From Eledone cirrhosa (Eukaryota): DNA of 64,000 nucleotides. Positions within the stretch are counted from its first letter, which is position 1, and every line of letters starts with the position of its first letter. A program made the position numbers and the translations under genes. This document shows, piece by piece, positions 54,536 through 64,000 of the stretch. Location of the stretch: positions 1 to 64,000 of the forward strand of contig CAXHJY010001010.1 in NCBI GenBank assembly GCA_964016885.1. Reading direction: 5' to 3'. Below the pieces are notes generated by a model, which saw only the letters and a program-made list of their open reading frames with translations, did no database searches and was not told where the DNA came from.

Positions 54536-54984
54536 AGAATTAAGGCGAATTAACACTGATAAAATTCTTACTGATACATCTATCACAATCTCAGTGTTAT
54601 TCACCCACCATTACCATTATCACACCCATCAATTTCTAGGCGATATAGTGTGGAGAAGTGTATTACCTCCCTTTCCAACTTTATTGCATCCACTTCCTGG
54701 ATTTATACACCTACCTTTTATTACAACTACTACAGTTTCTACAATGTAGATTCATCAGATAAAAAGAGCAGCCAGAGCTCAATTAAATTACACGTTGGTA
54801 TGATATGGTATGGTTCCATAAATCCTGAGGGAGTCGTAGTGATACCATATTGCCATACAGCATATCTTGGGCATTTTAAACCTGGTGAAGCCCATCACTC
54901 TTCAGGCCTGAGTACAGCAGATTTCTTTGATAGGATGATAGAAAGTGATAGGGAGAAAGTGAGAAAAAGATATAGATGAAGAAT

Positions 54985-55135
54985 CAACCCCAGTACTGCA
55001 CTGGTGCTTTTTTGTCAATGCCAACAAAATGAAAGGCAAAGTTGACCTCGTTAGGATTTGAACTCGAAGACCAAAAAGCCAGAACAAATACTACAAAGCA
55101 CTCTATCCAATGTTCTAACTACTCTGCCAATTCAC
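54985..55135 (-). mobile_element. Older copy of the 10681 SINE family
   Basis: atgaaaggcaaagttgacctcg..ggatttgaactc. Confidence 0.75.
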
Positions 55136-56570
55136 AACCTTTCTATCTTAAAAACATGTACATATAAGGAATTAAGCTGAACTAACACTGCTAGCTTATC
55201 ACTGATACAACTATTGCAATTCCTGTGTTATCATTACTTCTAACAACAATCACAATGCTAAGAACGTAATTTTAGAAAGATCGTTCAACATCTAGCAGGA
55301 ATAGCTAAAGTTAACACAAACTATGCATTACTATCTTTAAATAAATGGAATCAGTTTATAATGTAGCCAAGGTACCTCATACTCGAAAAAAATTAAAGAT
55401 GGATTGTAATAGCTGGAACATCTTTGAGGATATGTCTGTTGAACCCAATTTAACCTGGAGCAAAACAATATCAACATTAACATAAACATTTCTACCAGAT
55501 ATATGAAGTCATATATGAATATCTGGCAACATCTAATAGTGAATTCGTTTTAGAATATGTACAACATATGCCCACATATTGCAGGAAGCGGCTAAAGTGG
55601 TTAGTACTAGGAAGGGTATCCAGCTATAGAGCATTTCCTGAAAAAGTTCACCCATGAGGGATCACAACACTAATTCATGTTCTAGTAGGGAAAATAACCT
55701 TAAACTACTTAAATGGGGAAATAAGATATAATCGTCTTGCATGCAGGTTAAAGTAATTACTTCACATGACATGGTTTCAAGTTTGATTCCAATAAGCTAC
55801 ACCTTTGGCAAGTCTCTCTTACTGTATCTTCAAATTGATTATTACCTTGTGTGTAAAGTTTGGTAGGCAGAAAATACATATATGTATGTGTGCTTGCGTG
55901 CATCTTTAGCTGGTGTCAATTAGAAAAGGAAGGTAACATTAACAAGAAATGTACAAAATGGTGCTCTTCGAATGAAGTCCACTGTAGCTATTTGTTCTGC
56001 ACTAAGTTACAAATAGACACTCCTGTCACTCTCACCATCAGAATTAGAGTGAAACAGTGATTGCTCAACTGGAAATCTGTAAACAATGAGGATATTGTTT
56101 GCAAACTGTGATATACAAAACAATATATATGCTTTTTCTATTTGAAGTATTAAAGGTGATTGCTTGACCTGCTACAAACAGTAGCCAACACCCTTCAAAA
56201 GGCTGGGCTGATGTATTGGTTATTGTTATCCTAGATTCAGGATGCCTGCAGAACTGATTTGTTGGTCGTAGCTAGAACATATTTGATCATGTCCTCTTAA
56301 TTAGAACTGATCTGGGCTAAATAACAGCATAAAGGTAGTTAACTAGCAAGCTAGCTAGCTAGATCTGTTTATACAAAACAGACATAGATAAATATATGAA
56401 TAGTTAAATGGATAGATAGATGATGGCTGAATAAGTAAACAGTGAGATGGGTACATATGAGTACATTTTCTGTTTATATATTTATATAATGCCAAGGTGA
56501 TTGGTAGAATTGTTAAAGCAGAATCCTTTGTGACATTTGTTCCAGCTCTTTATGTTCGGTGTTCAAATAA

Positions 56571-56750
56571 TTGTTTCTACTTTTGGCACAAGGCCAGCAA
56601 TTTACCAGTACATTACTGGTACTTTATTTTATCGACCCCATAAGGATGAAAGGCAAAGTTGACCTCGGCGGGATTTGAACACAGAATGGAAAGGGCCGTA
56701 ATTCTATGCGTCAAAGCATGATGTCCAACCCTCTACCGATACTGCCAATC
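56571..56750 (-). mobile_element. Young copy of the 10681 SINE family
   Basis: Reverse complement highly similar to 10685-10863. Confidence 0.88.
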
Positions 56751-58581
56751 ATAATGCAGTTTAATTGTGCCTTTCATCCTTACTAGGCTGATAAAATACA
56801 GTACTTCTCTATGTGCAGAGGTTTATTGGAATTGTTGAAACATGGACTAATTGCCATGTGGTACTTGTTATAGCTCTTTATGTTCTGAGTTTACTTATAA
56901 TAACACTGGAGTCAAAATATATCTTCGATTACCTTTCCAATGACACTAGTAGTGCAGAGTGAGGACACTTACTGTATCAACAATTATTGGTCTTCCATAA
57001 AAAATGTGCTGACTTGCCCTGACTAACAGAGGGTTTAGAGAGATATAGTAAAGTAGTAAATTACAATAATTCCTATGAATATTGCAATTGGTAATATGTA
57101 ACTTTGTTCCCGAAACCCACCAACATGATGCATGCATGGTTCTGTAACTTCTGAAGGATTTGTAGGGGTGTCGATTGACATACATCATGTCTAGGGCATC
57201 TTTAAGCCTGGCAGAGCCCATCTCCTCTTTAAGTCTGAATACAGAAGATTTCTTCCAGAGAAGGATAGAAAGTGGGAGAGAGAGGAAGTGAAAAATATAT
57301 ATAGGGGGAGAATTGACCCCAATTCTAGACTGTTCCTTTTTGCATCGACCACAAATTGATGAAACACAAAGTAGTTCGCTACTACATTTGAACAGAGACA
57401 AAAGGAATACTGCAGAGCACTCATCTGATTTTCTAATGACTGCAAATTTGCCACATCACCAACATCATAGAACCAATTAAATACTTAACACTTTTCATAC
57501 CAAACTGCCTGGACCATACCTAGTTCAATGACAATGACGCTAAGCTGTTTATATTAAAATGTTTATATTCATCTAAAAACTTACCATCATCATTTTATTT
57601 AAGAAACTTTGATACGTTATGCTCCAAACACCAGATTAATAATGTGAAAGTTATTTATATTACTAAATTCTTCTAAATTGTTTATTATTTCAAAATTATT
57701 TGAAACTCACAGGCAGTGTCTTTCATTAGAAATATTGTAATGAAAGGGATACTTTTATTCTCATTAGGACAACATATGTAATGAAATCAACAAATTCTTA
57801 AGAAATCTTCAGTAGAACAAGTAGACCTAGGTCAAGATTGCAAGTTATTAGCATAGTTTAAACATGATCCTGTCAATTAATTCTAGAGCTAAACCACCTA
57901 GAACTGACTTTGGTTTTATGATACAAAACTCTTCTATGTTTATATTTATCTGAAACCTTTCTATAATAATTCTATGTAACAACATTTTTTATGTTTCAAA
58001 CACTAGCTTTGTCATAAGAAACCTATATTATTAAATCTCTTCAGATTCTTGATTATTTTCAGAATTAAAGTGCCTTTTGATAGAAATATGCCAAAGAAAA
58101 GGTTAATGTCATTCTCATTAGAAAACCAGACGTCATGGTAACCAAGTCAAGAAATTGTTATGAGATCTTCAGTAGAAAGAGGAGACCTGGGTCAGGATTG
58201 CAAGTTATTAGCATATTTAAAGCATTGTTATCCTGTCAATTAATTATAGTGATATTTATTAAATATGCCTATAAGCAGATTTAATTGGAAAAAGGTTTCG
58301 TTGATTTGTATAACTTACCATACAAGTAGATTTCATGTTCCAGAAGGTTATTATTGAATGTCTAGCATCATTCAGCAATTAACAGGAAAACAAAGGGTAG
58401 GAACAGAGAACATCACAATTCATATTTTACTGTTAGAAAGGAAGTTAATTAGCAGAAATGTTATAACAGCAATATAAATAGCATACACTATTCAGTTTAA
58501 TACCACTTTGTGACCACAACAGAATTTGAACTCAGAAGTTCAAACTCTGCTGTGGTCACCCATATTTTTCCTCTCAAACAT

Positions 58582-58652
<71 letters not shown>

Positions 58653-60014
58653 ATGTTTGTGTTTGTGTCCATGTGTGGATGTTGTCATCATCATCAATTA
58701 ATGTCTGTTTTCCCTGCTAGCAAAGGCTGAATAGGTCGTCAGCATACTAGCTTGTTACTCAAATTAGAGATACTGACCCCATGGTTGATCAGAAGTCTGC
58801 ACCTCATTTACATATGTTCATCATACACCCTACCAAGTGCACAGAAAGGCCAGTGGTGTAGATTTGTTTATGTTCAAGTGAAGGTAATTAGTGGTTTAAG
58901 TTATGTATTGTCAATGGGAGTGTGAGTGTATTTATGTATGTGTTATCAGTGTGTGCGTGTTTGAGTGAGTCTGTATGGATTATTGGTCTGTATATGTGAG
59001 TGAGTGTTTACATGGGTGCATAAGCATGTGTAGCTATCTCTATCTGTATGCTTGGAGATGTGTGTATGCTCACAAATTGGGAAGAGATTTCAAGAGCATG
59101 TATTCCAAAATTTCAGTTGTTGGATTTCAGAAGTTGAGTGGCAAATGACTGCATTCTGGTGATGAGAAAAAGGTTTTTTTTATTGTTCAGTTCATTAGTT
59201 CAGAAAATTATGTGGTAGCAAGTGGGCTTGGTGGGTGAGACAGAAGTGTATGTCTCTAGGGATGAAGACTAGAGATATGTCAAGACAAGAAGTTTAGCTG
59301 ACAGATTTCAAAGAATTTATTATTTATTTAGTTATTTACTCAATTTAAATGCCTGTATAGAGCTAGCAAACTATGACAAACTAGGTGAAGTATCTAGTAC
59401 TTGTTACTTTTGAGAAACAAAAAAAAAAAAGATTTACAGAGATGAGTGAAAATAAAAATAAAATAAACAATAAAATAAAATACGAAATTTAAAAGACTTG
59501 AGGAACTCAAGAAGTTGTCCTTAAAGGTTACTTTGAGGGAATGTGTGTTTTGTTAAGATTTATGTGTGTATGTGTGCATCTGTGTATTCGAGTGGTGTAT
59601 ATTTTGTTAGTGGTGATGGTATGTGTGTGCATGTTTAGGTGCATTGTTGGTGAGTGTGTGTTTGTATGAATATGGTTCAGTTTATGTCTGTGTTGATGTG
59701 TATTGTTAATGGATGTGCATGTGAATGTGCGTTTTAGTATGCATCTGTTGGGATATATGTCATGTCTACCTGTGTGTATTTCTGTTTGTGCACAATTATT
59801 GGATGTTTTTATTTTTAGTTTGAGTGTATGTGAAAGTGGTGTATGTACATTTAGTTTCAGAAGGTTTGTGTTTATTCTAGTATATTTCTAAATATGGACG
59901 TGAAATTAAGTTTAGTTTGTTATAGTATATTTCAGAGCTAGTGAAAAGACTTCAAACACAATCTCTTGGAATATCAAGAAAATATATCACTGGTTATTAA
60001 TAATTTATTACTAA

Positions 60015-60500
60015 ACTTCTTCTTTGCCCACTTATTCCTGAGATGGTCATTTGCAGAGTCCTCAAACACTCCATCCAGCTGGTCCTGTCAGAAGCAACCA
60101 TCTCTAACGGATTTGGCTGGATCCCCAAGCATGATCAGCCAAGCTCATGGATGTTATCCTACTATCTTGCTCAGGGCCTACACCTTGGTGTCCTACCTGT
60201 TGGTTTCACCAGTAAAATCTGTCCAGTGATTATTTCCTGAGATATGATAACCACATGCTCATAGTATCGGAGCTGTGATCTCTCAATTTGGAGAAGTAGC
60301 AGCTCTACCTGGAATGACTCTCTGATCTCTGAGCTATGCACTTTATCAAGTAACATTACTCCAAGGACCCTTCAGAGGAATCCCATTTCAGCTGCTTGTA
60401 TTCACGATCATATTCTTTTAGTCATTACCAAAGATTTGTGACCATAGGCAAGGGTCGGTATGAAAACCGAATTAAAGGCAGCAAATTTGGCTGTTAGGCC
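60015..60500 (-). pseudogene. Degraded RTE-like LINE 3' end (related fragment at ~32170-32300)
   Basis: LLLLQIERSQLRYYEHV...PTGRTPRCRP. Confidence 0.7.
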
Positions 60501-62259
60501 TACCTACTAAACTATTTTCTTATATATAAATTCATAGTTATTATAGTTTCCATTTTATTCCCCCTTTCGATATCAAATTGCCTGACACTGACCCTAGTTA
60601 TATGATAAAATACTGTCTTAAATCTTTTGACTATAACTTTATGTAAGAACATTTGTTAACTTTTTCATCACCTTATTTCTATGATTTTTCAAAATATAAT
60701 TTTGAAAATAATCAAGAAGTTGGAGAGATTTAATAACATAACTCATCCATTATGTTCCTGTTGTTTGAAACATAACTTAATTAACAAAGGTTCTTACACA
60801 GAATTATGATTGAAGGGTTTTGGATAAATATAAACAGTTTAAAACAGCTAGTTTTATATTATAAGATTAAGGGCAATTCCAGGCAGGTTGGTATCAAATG
60901 GATTAAGTTAAGTTTTAAACATCTGCATAATAATGACTCACTATTAATGAGGAAGTTAGATTATCTTAATCTTCATCAGTGAACATATATTTTGTTCTGA
61001 TAGCTAGGGTTGGAAATGTCATCACAGACGAAATCAGTATTCAAGTGGTGTAAATGATATCTCAGATTGGCTGGGGGCCTCCCTCTTGCTTTCTTACTTT
61101 CCTGCACTCTACCAGGTGTTCACGTGGGTCTACATTACTAAATACTCAAAATTCTTGATTATATTAAAAATAACTTGAAAATCAATGGTAGTGTTTGTCA
61201 TTAAAAAGCATTATGATGAAAGTGTTAATGAGAGATTTTATGATATATTTCTCTATCAGATGTCATCAGGTCTGTTCTTCAATTATCCTCAGGTGTCTAT
61301 TTTCCTATACATACCTACGGAAATTTGAAATATTGAACCTTAATTCCATTACATAGGTTTGCAACACTCTTAACCATCTTGCTACAGTCATGTGCCAATA
61401 TCCATTGCCATTAAATGTGCAGTTTTAAGTTGAATTTCCCTGAAGTTTTTGTTTTTGTGAAATTATTTCAAGAAATGGGGACATTTAAATACCATGAATA
61501 TCTGAAACGTTCATTGAATTGTTTTACAGTTTTTTCTCATTTTACTTCTTGTTGCTCTTGAACTTGATGTTTGGGTGTTGATGGCAGTTATGGCTTCAGT
61601 AGTTGTTTAGGTTTAGTTCCTTTATAACATATGAAGCTTTACATAATTAGCTATTTCAAGTTTGAAAAGAACACTTTCCTGATAATTACCATTTTTTCTT
61701 CGTTTTATGGTTATTGTTATAGTTTTATTTAACTTTACCATAAAACATTACTACTTTCTTAAAGTGAAGCTAAGAAGTTGTTGAGCACAATATTAAGATT
61801 CAGACGACCACCATCCTTTCTTTTGAGTCTTGAATCATTCACCAAAATACTCACAACTACATAAATAAAGAAATATCAGTAAATTATTGAAAAATGAAAT
61901 ATTTATTACAAGCTGTGTAAAATGAATCCAAATGAAACTATGAAAAAAATTCCAACTGCTAGGTACATTCTTAATGTGGTTTCGTAAGTAAAAGGAAAGA
62001 AACATTGAAGAGAAACAAAACGAAAAATGAAGAACATGAACATTTTTTAGTTCTTTGTTTTGTTCTGTTGTTGCTTATTTTATTTATATATTTTTCTATA
62101 TATTTTAGTTTAGAATTCATAAAGCAAAATTCTGAAATGTTGTCAGGAAAACTTTTGAAAAATGTATAGAGCTTGAATAGCATTGGTCCCTAAGAAACTA
62201 TCTTCATTATTTTAGAATATATACATTAAACCCCCACCAAACAAAGATATATATATATA

Positions 62260-62708
<449 letters not shown>

Positions 62709-63132
62709 TACATACATATATATATATATTCTTTTACTGATTTTAGACATCAAACTGTAGGCATACTGGGACACAACATTAGTGGTATATGCCTCCACAT
62801 ATATATATATATATGTGCCTCCATATATATATATATATATATTCTTTTACTGATTTTAGACATCAAACTGCAGGCATACTGGGACACAACATTGATTTAG
62901 TTAACCATATCGACTCCAGTACTTATTTCTTCAAGTCTGCTACTAATTATATTGAGCTTTCTTTGTCAAACTGATCAGTAATGGAATATAGACACAGACC
63001 CATGTGCAAACAGAAACATGGACATGGACACTGACGAACACATACATATTCAGTAGTCAGTGGGACTAGACCCAAAACTATGGCTGCAAATCAAACTCTC
63101 CTTAACCACAAAATTAATATTGTGCCTATATA

Positions 63133-64000
63133 TGAGGTGGTATCAAAAATATCCTAGACTAGTTATTTTTAAAATCAACTAATATATTTCCTAAGTTTTA
63201 ACATCATCTCCTTCGAATTAGTCACCTTGCGCAGCAATACACCACTTCCACCATTCCGGTGTGGAAGTTGTTTTCTTTAAGCGAGTTGAGGGCCATCTGT
63301 GATTCACTCTGGATCTCAGGAAGGGTGTTAAAACTGCGACCTTTGAGCTGCATTTTCAACTTGGAGAAGAGACAGAATTTTGCAGATGCTAAATCTGGCA
63401 AATGGGGTGGGTGTGGAAGTGATACAATGTTATTTTTGGCAAGAAACTCACAAGTAAAGAGAGCTCGGTGACAGGGTGCATTGTCATCATGAGGAATCTA
63501 ATTCTTTATGCTTCTTTATCCGGTCACTTTTGCCAATCATCCTCCCTCAAATGCCTCAAAATGATGCAGTAGAACTCTTGATTGATAGCCTGACCCTAGG
63601 GGACAAATTCTTCATGCACAACACTGCAGATGTCAAAAAATAAAAACGATCAGCATGCTCTTGAGCTTCAGCTCTGTCATGCCTTCTTTGGTCATGCAAA
63701 TGAAGGTCTTTTCGACTGTGTAGACTGATGCTTTGTCTCAGGGTTGTACGCCTAGACCCAACTCTTGCCACTGGAGAGGATCCGTGACATGAAGGATGGG
63801 TCATCAGTGGCAGGCTGACAGAGATCTTGTCAGACTTTGATGCAATGTTCTTTCTGCTCAGTGGTTAGCCAGTGGGGGATAAAGTTGGTAGCGACATGCT
63901 GCTTGTTCAATTCAGATGTAGGATTGCCTGCACAGACACATACGATAGACCAATAATATCAGCAATATTGTTGATTGTCCTCTGACCATCTTCATGCACA
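63133..64000 (-). pseudogene. Degraded mariner (DD34D-like) transposon running off the window
   Basis: TIR-like tgaggtggtatcaaaaa after TA; minus strand HDDNA, HPPHLPDLAS..F.LFSKLK, QGDYFEG-like C-terminus. Confidence 0.8.

Noticed and set aside
56946-57401. 151 aa minus-strand ORF
   Set aside because: No recognisable domain; overlaps an old dispersed repeat

Overview
AT-rich eukaryotic (animal) genomic DNA, probably an octopod cephalopod, judged from the SINE types, the RTE, Penelope and maT content and the very long (TA)n tracts. This taxonomic call is an inference. No host protein-coding gene could be supported. The window is a transposon pile-up, and between about 12 and 51.5 kb almost every element sits in or beside a (TA)n tract. 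It holds at least four distinct GIY-YIG Penelope-like element (PLE) families, RTE, CR1-like and R4-like LINE remnants, a full-length DD37D maT transposon, a mariner remnant, tRNA-derived SINEs and a roughly 2 kb triplicated block. The main result is about 25 type I hammerhead ribozyme (HHR) motifs, folded by eye, in about 12 unrelated sequence contexts. Some lie in PLE termini. Others lie in non-coding 260-720 bp units with terminal direct repeats and junction-spanning inverted copies, which is the architecture of retrozymes (ribozyme-processed, probably circular RNA elements mobilised by PLE reverse transcriptases). In one element the 5' end coincides with the predicted self-cleavage site. 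Several HHRs have unusual features: a branched stem II, a U10.1-U11.1 opposition or a U3-A8 covariation. No database search or folding program was run, so activity and novelty are untested.
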